Positions 53,318-61,698 of a DNA stretch of 64,000 nucleotides are shown here, piece by piece; within the stretch, counting starts at the first letter, position 1, and every line of letters begins with the position of its first letter. The DNA lies in the NCBI GenBank assembly GCA_963851025.1, contig CAWKOA010000031.1:19374-83373 (forward strand). Direction: 5' to 3'. A model generated the notes under the pieces. That model did not search any database. It was not told the origin of the DNA and worked only from the letters and a program-made list of their open reading frames with translations. The position numbers and the translations under genes were made by a program. The DNA comes from an uncultured Actinomycetes bacterium. GTDB taxonomy: Bacteria; Actinomycetota; Actinomycetes; Streptosporangiales; Streptosporangiaceae.

Positions 53318-54918
53318 GACTCGTCCTTTCCGCCGTGCCCGGCCAAGGCCCCCGGCTCCTCCTGCTCCTCGTTCGGGATGAGCTGGTCCTTCAGGACCTT
53401 GCCGAGGGAGTTCTTGGGCAGCTCGGTGCGGAACTCGAAGCGGCGCGGGTACTTGTAGGCGGCCATCCGCTCCCGGCAGTAGGCGTGCAGCCCGGCCTCG
53501 GTGACGGCGGCCCCTTCCCGGAGGGTGATCACGGCCATCACCTCTTCGCCGAGCCGCTCGTGCGGGACCCCGATCACGGCCGCCTCGGCCACCGCGGGGT
53601 GGGCGTGCAGCACGTCCTCGATCTCGCGCGGGTACACGTTGTAGCCGCCGCGGATGATGAGTTCCTTCTGGCGGCCCACGATGAACAGGAAACCGTTCTC
53701 GTCGAAGTAGCCCAGGTCGCCGGTGTGCAGCCAGCCCCCGGTGAACGCGCGGGCGGTGGCCTCCGGGTCGTTCAGGTAGCCCTTCATCACGTGCAGCCCG
53801 CGGGTGACCACCTCGCCGACGTGGTCCTTCCCGGGCGGGAGCGGCCGGCCCTCGCCGTCCCACACCTGCGTCTGCGTGCCCCAGATGGGCTTGCCGACAC
53901 TGTAGACGCGGCGCTCGCTCTCGCTGAGGTTGAACGTGGTGGTGGAGGCCGTCTCCGTCATGCCGTACCCCTCGAGGATCAGCACCCCGAAGCGCCGCTC
54001 GAAGGCGTCCAGCACGGGGGCGGGGATGGACGCACCGCCCGAGATCGCCACCCGCAGCGACGACACGTCGTAGCGGTCCAGGTCCGGGTATTCCAGCAGG
54101 GCGATGAACATGGTGGGAACACCCTCGTAGATGGTGGCCCGGTCCCGCTGGATCGCGGTGAGGACCGTGGCCGGGTCGAACCGGGGGATCAGCGACATGG
54201 TGCAGCCGAACCGCACGCAGACGTTCAGGATGCTGGACAGGCCGAACACGTGAAATAGCGGCAGCGCGGTGATGACCACGTCGTCGGGCCGCACGCCGAA
54301 CAGGCGCCCGGGAATGTCGGCGTTCATGTAGAGCTGGATGTGGGTGAGCATGGCGCCCTTGGGGCGGCCGGTGGTGCCTGAGGTGTAGACGACGACCGCG
54401 GTGTCGGTCATCGCCCGCGGGGCCAGCGGGTAGCCGTCCGCGGGCTCGGCCAGCAGCTGCTCGAAGGGCAGGACGCTGACTGGTTCCCCGCTGACCGGTT
54501 CCGCGGGACGCGGGGGCGGGGCCTGGTGGCCGACGGCGTAGACCGCGCTGACCCCGGCGGCCGCGGCGCCCTGGACCGCGTCGGCCAGGATCCCCGCCCA
54601 GGTGATCAGCAGCGCCGCCGCCGAATCACTGAGCTGGAAAGCGATCTCGGGGGGCTTGAGCATCACGTTCAGCGGCACCGCCACCGCCCCGGCCTTCAGG
54701 ATCCCGAAGTAGGCGATCAGGAACTGGGGGATGTTGGGCAGCTGCAGGGCGACGAAGTCCCCGGGCCTGATCCCGGCCGCCTCCAGCCCGGCCGCCAGCC
54801 GGGACGACAAGGCGTCCAGGTCCGCGTAGCTGAGCTGGCCGCCCGGGTACACGGCGGCGGGCCGGTCCGGGGAGGCGAGCGCCGTCTCCCGGAGGATCAC
54901 CGCGAGGTTGAAGTTCAT
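53305..54918 (-). CDS. Long-chain fatty acid-CoA ligase (FadD-type adenylate-forming enzyme)
   Basis: VVYTSGTTGRPKGAMLTH, EGYGMTE, WLHTGDLGYFDENGFLFIVGRQKELIIRGGYNVYPREIE, KNSLGKVLK. Confidence 0.9.
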   Translation of the reverse strand: MNFNLAVILRETALASPDRPAAVYPGGQLSYADLDALSSRLAAGLEAAGIRPGDFVALQLPNIPQFLIAYFGILKAGAVAVPLNVMLKPPEIAFQLSDSAAALLITWAGILADAVQGAAAAGVSAVYAVGHQAPPPRPAEPVSGEPVSVLPFEQLLAEPADGYPLAPRAMTDTAVVVYTSGTTGRPKGAMLTHIQLYMNADIPGRLFGVRPDDVVITALPLFHVFGLSSILNVCVRFGCTMSLIPRFDPATVLTAIQRDRATIYEGVPTMFIALLEYPDLDRYDVSSLRVAISGGASIPAPVLDAFERRFGVLILEGYGMTETASTTTFNLSESERRVYSVGKPIWGTQTQVWDGEGRPLPPGKDHVGEVVTRGLHVMKGYLNDPEATARAFTGGWLHTGDLGYFDENGFLFIVGRQKELIIRGGYNVYPREIEDVLHAHPAVAEAAVIGVPHERLGEEVMAVITLREGAAVTEAGLHAYCRERMAAYKYPRRFEFRTELPKNSLGKVLKDQLIPNEEQEEPGALAGHGGKDESWNA

Positions 54919-55179
54919 GGCCCTGCTCCTCCCCGTGCCGCGCGTCCGTGGCGTGAGCATGCGCGCCGGGCCGGCGCGCGGGATACCGGCGGACAATGCG
55001 TGCCACGGGCACAGGCCCCGCCCAGGGAGCAGCCACCCGTCCAGGACCAGCGGCCGTGTAACGGACGCGGTTACCGGCGGGAACGACGCCACGGCCCGGG
55101 TGAGCCTGGCCCGCTTATTCCAGCATGGGACGGCCGGCCTGCCCGGGGTACGGGCGTCGTTCCCTTCCTGGCCGGGACC

Positions 55180-56214
55180 TTAGGCACGCGGTGCCGGCGG
55201 AGCGGCGGCGCCCGGGGCCTGGGCCGTCACGGCCGAGGCGGCGCCGCGGCCGGCCGGGCCGAGCCATTCGCGGATCTCGGCCGCACAGGCCTGCGGGGCT
55301 TCCAGTTGCGGCACATGGCCCACGCCGGGCATGACCACGAGCGACCAGGCCGGGTGGGCGCGCGCCACCATCCGGGCCGCCGCGACCGGGATCAGCCGGT
55401 CCAGCGTGCCGTGCAGGACGAGGACCGGGCACCGGACCGCGTTGATCGCACGCCGGTAGGCGCGCCCGGTGATGTAGCCCGCCGCGGACACGACCGAGCG
55501 GGCCGCGAGCGTGAATTCGCGGTCGGCCTCACTGAAGCCGAACCGCCTGCGCGCCACCTCCACGTGCTGCTCCACCACGTCCGGGCTGACCCGGGACGGG
55601 TCGGCGCAGACCGTGGCCAGGATCCCGGCCACGAGCTCGTCCGGGGAGAACTGGCGGCGGCGCCTGATCACCCGCTGGCTCACCCCGGGAATCATGTTGA
55701 GCAGGAACATCCCGACCACCGAGGGATCGGGCCGGACGGGCATGAACGGCAGCGCCGGGTCGAGCAGGATGAGCCCGGCCACCGTGCCCGGCGCGGCGGC
55801 CGCCTCGCGAAGGGAGATCATCCCGCCCATCGAGTTGCCCATCAGGATCACCGGCGAGCCCGCCACCGCCTCGATGAACCGGTGCAGCAGCACCCGGTTG
55901 GCGGACACGTCGACCCCCCGCCCGGCGGAGCGGGTGAAGCCGTGCCCGGCCAGGTCGGGGGCGAGCAGCCGGTAGCGGTCGGTCAGCAGCGGCGCGAGCG
56001 CCGACCAGTTGACCGCGCAGCCCTCCAGGCCGTGCACGGCCACGATGACCGGCGCGCCCGCCGGGCCGCCATAGTCGAGGTAGTGCACCGGCCCGCCGAG
56101 GTCGACCCAGCAGGACTCGCCGCCGAATCTCGGCCCCGTCCCGGTCGCTGCGGGCTGGTCGTCCTCAGTTGCGCGCGTCTGTGACATTCGGTGATCCCTG
56201 CGGGTCGTGGGCAT
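55180..56214 (-). CDS. Alpha/beta hydrolase
   Basis: VIVAVHGLEG...APDLAGHGFT...LMGNSMGGMISL...GVGHVPQLE. The start may be the ATG at 56187. Confidence 0.85.
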   Translation of the reverse strand: MPTTRRDHRMSQTRATEDDQPAATGTGPRFGGESCWVDLGGPVHYLDYGGPAGAPVIVAVHGLEGCAVNWSALAPLLTDRYRLLAPDLAGHGFTRSAGRGVDVSANRVLLHRFIEAVAGSPVILMGNSMGGMISLREAAAAPGTVAGLILLDPALPFMPVRPDPSVVGMFLLNMIPGVSQRVIRRRRQFSPDELVAGILATVCADPSRVSPDVVEQHVEVARRRFGFSEADREFTLAARSVVSAAGYITGRAYRRAINAVRCPVLVLHGTLDRLIPVAAARMVARAHPAWSLVVMPGVGHVPQLEAPQACAAEIREWLGPAGRGAASAVTAQAPGAAAPPAPRA

Positions 56215-56219
56215 CGGGC

Positions 56220-56915
56220 CTAGCGCTCATCCGCCATGGCCTGGACGCCGCGGATGAACAGGTCGATGCCGAGCCGGTAGTGGAAATCCGGGTCGTCGCA
56301 GGCGGTCATCGGCTCGGCCGCCTCGACCAGGCAGGGGTAGCGGTCCGGCGGCAGCATGGCCAGCCGGATCCGGTTGCGGCGCTGATACTCAGCCCGGTCG
56401 GGCTCGCTCAGCGACGGGCCGTACCCGGGCTCGCTCATGGCGAGCATCAGCCCGGTCCACAGCGCGTTGCGGGCGATGGCGCTGGCGTGCCGCGGGTCGA
56501 ACCCGCCGCGGCGCAGCACCTCCAGGGTGACCTCGGTGGCCTCCAGCGCGGCCGGGGACTGCTTCTCCCCCGCGATGAGCAGCTGGGACGCGCTCGGGTG
56601 GGTGCGGAGGACCTGCACCAGCGACTCCAGCATGGCGCGCAGCTGGGCGGGCCAGGGGGCCGCCTCGTCCACGTCCGTGTCGATCTCGCTCCAGAACTGG
56701 TCGGCCAGCCCGGTGAGCAGCTCGTCCTTGTTGCGGAAGTGCCAGTACAGCGCCATCGGGGTGACCCCGAGTTCCTGGGCCAGCCGGCGGATGGTCAGCG
56801 CGTCCAGGCCCTCGGCGTCGGCCAGCGCGATAGCCCGCCCGACCACGGCGGCCTTGCTCAGCCGGGGCCGCTGCGTGTCCGCCGGGGCGGTGCCCGGGGC
56901 AGGTGTCGTAGCCAT
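56220..56915 (-). CDS. TetR-family transcriptional regulator
   Basis: LSKAAVVGRAIALADAEGLDALTIRRLAQELGVTPMALYWHFRNKDELL. The start was chosen at MATTPAPG (56915) so the inverted repeat is intergenic; the longer ORF runs to 56945. Confidence 0.85.
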   Translation of the reverse strand: MATTPAPGTAPADTQRPRLSKAAVVGRAIALADAEGLDALTIRRLAQELGVTPMALYWHFRNKDELLTGLADQFWSEIDTDVDEAAPWPAQLRAMLESLVQVLRTHPSASQLLIAGEKQSPAALEATEVTLEVLRRGGFDPRHASAIARNALWTGLMLAMSEPGYGPSLSEPDRAEYQRRNRIRLAMLPPDRYPCLVEAAEPMTACDDPDFHYRLGIDLFIRGVQAMADER

Positions 56916-56926
56916 CACTTGACAAC

Positions 56927-56972
56927 TATACGTCGTACAAGTCATCCTGTCACCGTGCCTGTACGACGTATA
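56927..56972. promoter_or_regulatory. Perfect 12-bp inverted repeat TATACGTCGTAC ... GTACGACGTATA (22-nt spacer), each arm containing a TACGNCGTA palindrome; candidate TetR operator pair
   Basis: Read directly (56927-56938 and 56961-56972). TTGACA sits at 56918-56923. It lies between the divergent TetR gene and the truncated MFS gene. Confidence 0.5.
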
Positions 56973-57052
56973 AGAACGAAGTACAAGTGCTCAGTACAGG
57001 AGCGCCGTACAGGACAGCCGAACATCTGGTGGACCGTGGGAGGAGTGGGCTC

Positions 57053-57133
57053 GTGCCCAGACGCTGGTGGACCCTGGTGGCCGTGGGACTGGCCACCTTC
57101 ATGACCTATCTGGACAGGACTCACACAACCTAA
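57053..57133 (+). pseudogene. 5' fragment of an MFS (DHA2-like) transporter gene, truncated after about 21 codons
   Basis: VPRRWWTLVAVGLATFMTYLD resembles the conserved N-terminus and first TM helix of drug-efflux MFS proteins that pair with divergent TetR genes. The reading frame then runs RTHTT-stop into the lower-GC element sequence. Confidence 0.45.
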
Positions 57134-57178
57134 AGGTGTTAGAGTCGTCCTTGAACAGGACGAACTCGGGGAGGCACA

Positions 57179-58615
57179 GTGAGGCTGCTGCTGGCGGCGA
57201 GGCTATCGCAGGACCGGGCTGGACAGACGGGCCTGGACACCCAGGACACCGACGCCCGTGCCTGGGCAGAGCGCAACGGGCACGACGTGATCGCCACGGC
57301 GGCCGACAAGATCTCCGGGCGCACGAGCCCGTTCGACCGTCCGAACCTCGGGCCGTGGCTGACCGAGCCCCACCTGGTTACCCAGTACGACGGCATCGTG
57401 GTCAGCAAACTGGACAGACTCTCCCGTGGCCGCGACTGGGGCATCCGCGCGTGGGCCGAGGAGAACCGCAAGAAGATCGTCGTGGTCAACCCGGAGCTGT
57501 CCTGGCCGCCCGAGAAGGGTGACGCCGTGACTCCGCTCATCTGGGACAACCTGGTGAACATCGCGTCGGCCGAGTGGGAGAATACGTCCCTGCGGTACCG
57601 GCGCATGCAGGAGCACCTTCGCGGCATGAAGTCGTTCGTCGGCCGCCCCCCGTTCGGCTACCGGATCGTCGGTGAGGCGAAGTCCAAGGCGCTGGCGATC
57701 GACCCCGTCCAGGCCGCTGCGATTACCGAGGTCGTCGCGATGTACCTCGCGGGCAGGTCCCTCCGTCAGGTCTGCGCCTACCTGGACGCCCAGGGCATCC
57801 CTACGCGCCGTGGCGGTGCCTGGGTACCCAAGACACTCTCCGACGTCCTCCGGAACCCTGTGCTGTCCGGGCGGCGCGTGGACGGCAACGGGCGGACGAT
57901 CCTCCGGGTCCCGCCGATCCTGGACGTGGACACCTGGCGGAAGCTCCAGGCCGAGCTGGACCGGAAGGCGACCAAGAAGGGCGCGGTGCGCGCGGGCTCA
58001 CCGATGCTCGGCGGGGTCGCGGTCTGCCAAACCTGCGGCGGCCCGATGTACAAGCTCCGCACTCAGAACGTCCGCAAGGACGGGACCAAGCAGTTCAACT
58101 TCTACTACCGCTGCTGGGGCACCGAGACGAACCCGTCCACGTGCAAGAACATGTTCCCGCTGGACGAGCTGGACGCGTGGACCGAGGCGAGGATGGCCCG
58201 GATCAAGTTCCCCCGGTACGAGATCGTGGTCACCCCCGGCCACGGGCACGAAGACAAAATCTACGAGGTCGAGCGGGATCTCCGCGAGCTGGACTTGGAC
58301 GCTCCCGACTACGACGAGCGCCACGCCGAACTCCGGACCGAGCGGGCACGTCTGCGGGCGCTCCCGTCCACGGCCGACAAGGTCGAGCGGCGCAAGACCG
58401 GGGACTCGATCGGGCAGTACTGGGAGACGCTCCAGACCGAGGCGGACAAGCGGGCCTTCCTGCTCAAGCTGGACGTAAAGGTCTACGTCCGACGTGGTGC
58501 GACTCGCGACGAGGACCACGTCTTCCTGGAGCTGGGCGACGGCCTGGCTCAGGGGCGAGAGCTAGCCCCGGAGATGGCCGACGACACGGCGGCCGATGAT
58601 CCTCGTGTCAGCTAG
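57179..58615 (+). CDS. Large serine recombinase (phage-integrase type)
   Basis: N-terminal resolvase domain with the Ser nucleophile context LLLAARLSQDRAGQ and VVSKLDRLSRG. Recombinase domain PPFGYR. Zinc-ribbon CQTCGGPMY...YYRCWG...C. C-terminal coiled coil. GGGGAGG precedes the GTG. Confidence 0.9.
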   Translation: MRLLLAARLSQDRAGQTGLDTQDTDARAWAERNGHDVIATAADKISGRTSPFDRPNLGPWLTEPHLVTQYDGIVVSKLDRLSRGRDWGIRAWAEENRKKIVVVNPELSWPPEKGDAVTPLIWDNLVNIASAEWENTSLRYRRMQEHLRGMKSFVGRPPFGYRIVGEAKSKALAIDPVQAAAITEVVAMYLAGRSLRQVCAYLDAQGIPTRRGGAWVPKTLSDVLRNPVLSGRRVDGNGRTILRVPPILDVDTWRKLQAELDRKATKKGAVRAGSPMLGGVAVCQTCGGPMYKLRTQNVRKDGTKQFNFYYRCWGTETNPSTCKNMFPLDELDAWTEARMARIKFPRYEIVVTPGHGHEDKIYEVERDLRELDLDAPDYDERHAELRTERARLRALPSTADKVERRKTGDSIGQYWETLQTEADKRAFLLKLDVKVYVRRGATRDEDHVFLELGDGLAQGRELAPEMADDTAADDPRVS

Positions 58616-58933
58616 CCCGCGATGCCGGGCCGTAGCGCGGCCCCGGACCACGGGGTGCATATCGCGGACCAGGTTCCCCACGGTGGGCGTCTCGCCCATG
58701 TAGGCCGCACGAACGGGGCGTTCGGACTCGACCGCGTAGTCCGGCGCAGGCGTGAGCGGCCGGTCTGGCGGGGCTATTTCCCCGCCGCGCGGGCTCCAGA
58801 TCTCGTCCGGGTGCACGGCGCGCGTTGGGGTGAACGTCCCAGCCGTCTTACTCACGCTGGGCGCGGCCGGGCCACGTAATGTGCCACCACCCACAAGGGT
58901 TATCTCATCCGGGTTCATCGGGGCTCCGTTCAT
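58562..58933 (-). CDS. Hypothetical protein (element cargo)
   Basis: 123-aa ORF with GC-biased third codon positions. Convergent, with a 54-nt overlap with the recombinase 3' end. No recognisable motifs. Confidence 0.35.
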   Translation of the reverse strand: MNGAPMNPDEITLVGGGTLRGPAAPSVSKTAGTFTPTRAVHPDEIWSPRGGEIAPPDRPLTPAPDYAVESERPVRAAYMGETPTVGNLVRDMHPVVRGRATARHRGLADTRIIGRRVVGHLRG

Positions 58934-58996
58934 GAGGTACCTAGATCCAATTGTCCCAGGTCGGCCGTCACTGTTCAGGTACGCGAACGGCCCGGA

Positions 58997-59692
58997 TCAC
59001 ATGCCGGGCGGCCTCACCGCTGCCCGCCGCCTCGCCACCCACTGCCACAGTGCGGCAGGCACGCATACGGCTATTGCGATGATGGCCACCATCCACAGCA
59101 GAGCCCCAGCCGTCGTCGCCGGGCTGTGCTGGCTGGCTCCCCCGGACATGGCAACGATGAGGCCCAGGACCAATGCGCTCATCGCGCCGATCAGCCCCCA
59201 CACCGGCCAGCCCAGGCCCCGGCGTTCCCCCGGGGCGGGGGCCGTGCGCGGGGAAGGTGCCGACCCACTCGGCCAGGAACCTGGCTGCCCGGCCTTCCGC
59301 GCGGCACGGGCCGCCTTCCTGGCTGCCTTCTCCGCAGCCCGCGCCTGCCGCTCGGCCTGGCGCTCGGCCTCCAGCGCCAGCCGCCGCTGCCGGGCGGCCT
59401 CGCTCTCCTGCACCCCGGTGATCAGGTGGTTGCCCTCTCCCCGCCGGATCTTCCGCTGGCAGGCGGCTACGCACTCAAGGGCCGCCGACTGAGTCCTGTG
59501 GCCGTGCTCGCAGCGGAAGTGGGCGACGCTCCCGTCTGCCAGCGTCACCGAACCCGTGGCGTGGTAACCGCTCCGCGCAGGAGTCCGCCTGCGCCTGTGA
59601 TGGCTGCGGTGCCCGGAATGCTCGACTATCTCCCCGAGGAGTTTCAACGGCAGCCATACCGGTAGCAACAGCAGCTTGATCAGGAAGAACAT
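58997..59692 (-). CDS. Hypothetical membrane protein: N-terminal TM helix, Cys/His cluster, Ala/Arg/Lys coiled-coil, two C-terminal TM helices
   Basis: Canonical AAGGAG lies 6 nt before the ATG at 59692. MFFLIKLLLLPVWLPLKLLGEIV; HFRCEHGHRTQSAALECVAACQ; EAERQAERQARAAEKAARKAARAARKA; WPVWGLIGAMSALVLGLIVAM and LLWMVAIIAIAVCVPAALW. Confidence 0.6.
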   Translation of the reverse strand: MFFLIKLLLLPVWLPLKLLGEIVEHSGHRSHHRRRRTPARSGYHATGSVTLADGSVAHFRCEHGHRTQSAALECVAACQRKIRRGEGNHLITGVQESEAARQRRLALEAERQAERQARAAEKAARKAARAARKAGQPGSWPSGSAPSPRTAPAPGERRGLGWPVWGLIGAMSALVLGLIVAMSGGASQHSPATTAGALLWMVAIIAIAVCVPAALWQWVARRRAAVRPPGM

Positions 59693-60166
59693 CTGGGCTC
59701 CTTTGTGAGCCGTGAATACTAGCGCCAAGTGAGCACCTTCTGCCCATGTAGGACGCCCAGCAGGCGCATCAGGAGCACCGGACACAACGTTGCCCAGCAC
59801 TGATGGTCCCGGCGTAGTTCGTGGTCACGCGCATGCCCTGTTCATCGGCCCTGCGCGGCATCTGACCGGGCCCGCCTAACCTGACGCTGCCACTGTTCGC
59901 CCGCGCATAGACCCAGATCCTGGGCGCATGGGAGGTGGCATTCCTCGTGCCAGGACAAGGGGGTGGGGTCCCGCGGATGCCACTGTGCTTTGGCGCAAAT
60001 CCTCCAGCCGCCTGGGTTACCAGGAGGTACGGAGAGTCACAGGCAATTGCTTAATGATGGTACCCCTAAGTTACGGAATAAGTACGTTGCGCAGCAGGGC
60101 ACTGAGTAGCTAGGAATTCCCCTTGCCAACCGCCATTGCTCGACTTGTGTTCGATCAACAGGACAA

Positions 60167-60198
60167 GCAAAAGCCCGGCCCCGAACATGGGACCGGGC
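60167..60198 (-). terminator. Rho-independent terminator for gene 60254..60457
   Basis: Minus strand: GCCCGGTCCC-atgttc-GGGGCCGGGC stem (10 bp, one mismatch) followed by TTTTGCTTG. Confidence 0.55.
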
Positions 60199-60253
60199 CT
60201 GGTCTACCGCGTACCCGGTTTGGGGTACTACGTGGCCGAGCGCAAGAGCTGAC

Positions 60254-60457
60254 CTACATTTCGTCCAGCTTGCCCAGGTCGGCCAGCGCATCCAGTGCGG
60301 CCAGGTCGTCCAGCATGCGCTCTGCGGCCTCGACCGGATCGGCCAGCTTGGCAAGCTCGGGGTTGTCCTCGATCGTGTCGGCCACCGCGCGCAGCTCGCG
60401 CACGATGCGCGCGGCCTTTTCCGTGTCCGACTCCACCAGCGGCTCCAGCTCGTCCAT
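60254..60457 (-). CDS. Small acidic helical protein (67 aa), unknown function
   Basis: MDELEPLVESDTEKAARIVRELRAVADTIEDNPELAKLADPVEAAERMLDDLAALDALADLGKLDEM. AAAGGA Shine-Dalgarno sequence. Followed by a terminator. Confidence 0.55.
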   Translation of the reverse strand: MDELEPLVESDTEKAARIVRELRAVADTIEDNPELAKLADPVEAAERMLDDLAALDALADLGKLDEM

Positions 60458-60855
60458 TTCAGATCCTTTCTAACGTCCTTCCTTTGGCCGGAAGACTAGC
60501 GGGGTCCTGCGCACCCGTCAACGCTCTGACCTGCGGTTATGCATGCCCTGGAATACAAGAGCTGGAATGTAGATGATGGAATAGAAAAGCCCCGACCAGT
60601 GAGACCGGAGCTACTTCGTGAGAACACCTACTCGTTGCGCTCCGCGTCCGTCTGGATAACCACGGGCCGCGGCTTGGCCGCCCCGATAGCCTGTGGCCGG
60701 AACGCTGAGACGACCGTAGCTGCCCCGGCACCCATCAGTACTGGCCCTGCCCCGTTCGCCCGGCGCTCGCGCGTACGCCTCGCAGGCGTGACCGTTCCTG
60801 GCCGTCCTCCCGATAGGCTGGGCATAAGGCCACGACCGGCCGCTGCCGTTCGGCT

Positions 60856-61530
60856 GTGAACAAGTGGAAGGTAGCCGGACTGGTCGCGCTCGGGTTCGTG
60901 GCAGGTGGCGTCATCGGCGGCCTGATCGGGTTCGCATGGCACGCGCCGGGCGGCCCGAAGACCTGGAATGACGTTCGCTCCTGGGCGACGTTCGTCGTGC
61001 TCGTGCTCGGGTTTTCCGTCGCCGCGTTCGAGCTGAATCTGCAGCGGGTCCAGTTCGCCAGGCAGGCCGCACGGCAGGAGGTGACCGACGACCTGCTGGA
61101 ACGGCAGCGCCGGGAGATCATACAGACCGAATTGGCCCGGCAGCGCAAGCAGGCCGAGCGCGTCACTGTCGAGTGGGTCAAGGCTCCGGGCTACGGGCTT
61201 ACGGAGGCGAGGATCAACAACGGTTCACACCGCCCTATCACCAAGATTGCAGCTGGAATAGCAATTCCGCTACCTGATGGCGGCGTGGAAACTCAGGGCT
61301 CCGATGGGTGGACCTTGTTCGATAGCTTGGGGCAGGAACGTCACGCGAGCCGGACCCAACGTGACGTCCTCTCAGTGATCCTGGCCAAAGAAATGGGACT
61401 GTGCAGCTTCCGGCATGGCGGCGGCCAGAAGGATGCTCGGCTGCTTGTCCGTTTCTGCGACGACGCTGGGCAACGATGGCAACTCGACAACGACATGCAC
61501 CTTGAGGCCGCACCGGATAGCGACTGGTAG
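60856..61530 (+). CDS. Hypothetical membrane protein: two TM helices, coiled-coil, C-terminal beta-rich domain
   Basis: VAGLVALGFVAGGVIGGLIGFAW and WATFVVLVLGFSVAAFEL, then QEVTDDLLERQRREIIQTELARQRKQAERV, then a soluble domain of about 120 aa. GTG start, weak ribosome-binding site. Confidence 0.55.
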   Translation: MNKWKVAGLVALGFVAGGVIGGLIGFAWHAPGGPKTWNDVRSWATFVVLVLGFSVAAFELNLQRVQFARQAARQEVTDDLLERQRREIIQTELARQRKQAERVTVEWVKAPGYGLTEARINNGSHRPITKIAAGIAIPLPDGGVETQGSDGWTLFDSLGQERHASRTQRDVLSVILAKEMGLCSFRHGGGQKDARLLVRFCDDAGQRWQLDNDMHLEAAPDSDW

Positions 61531-61698
61531 CTGGACCGCCCGGGCGCTGCGGTTTCCGCGATGCCCGCTGACCTGCGCATACCCGCCGCCCCACACAGCC
61601 ACGCGGGCAGGATTGGCTTCCGCCACCCGGTGCGGTCACGTCGGCGTACGCCACGGGTGCGCGTGTCTCGGACTCAGCCACGATGACCAAGTTGGGGG

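Noticed and set aside
59800-60250. A possible tRNA or small RNA gene as integration target or cargo in the AT-richer gap of the element
   Set aside because: No cloverleaf-compatible sequence or T-loop consensus (GTTCRAnnC) was seen. The visible hairpins are explained as the terminator of 60254..60457. Serine integrases do not require tRNA targets.
60037-60354. 105-aa minus ORF overlapping the small acidic protein gene and its terminator
   Set aside because: It overlaps a better-supported gene in another frame, spans the terminator hairpin and has no ribosome-binding site.
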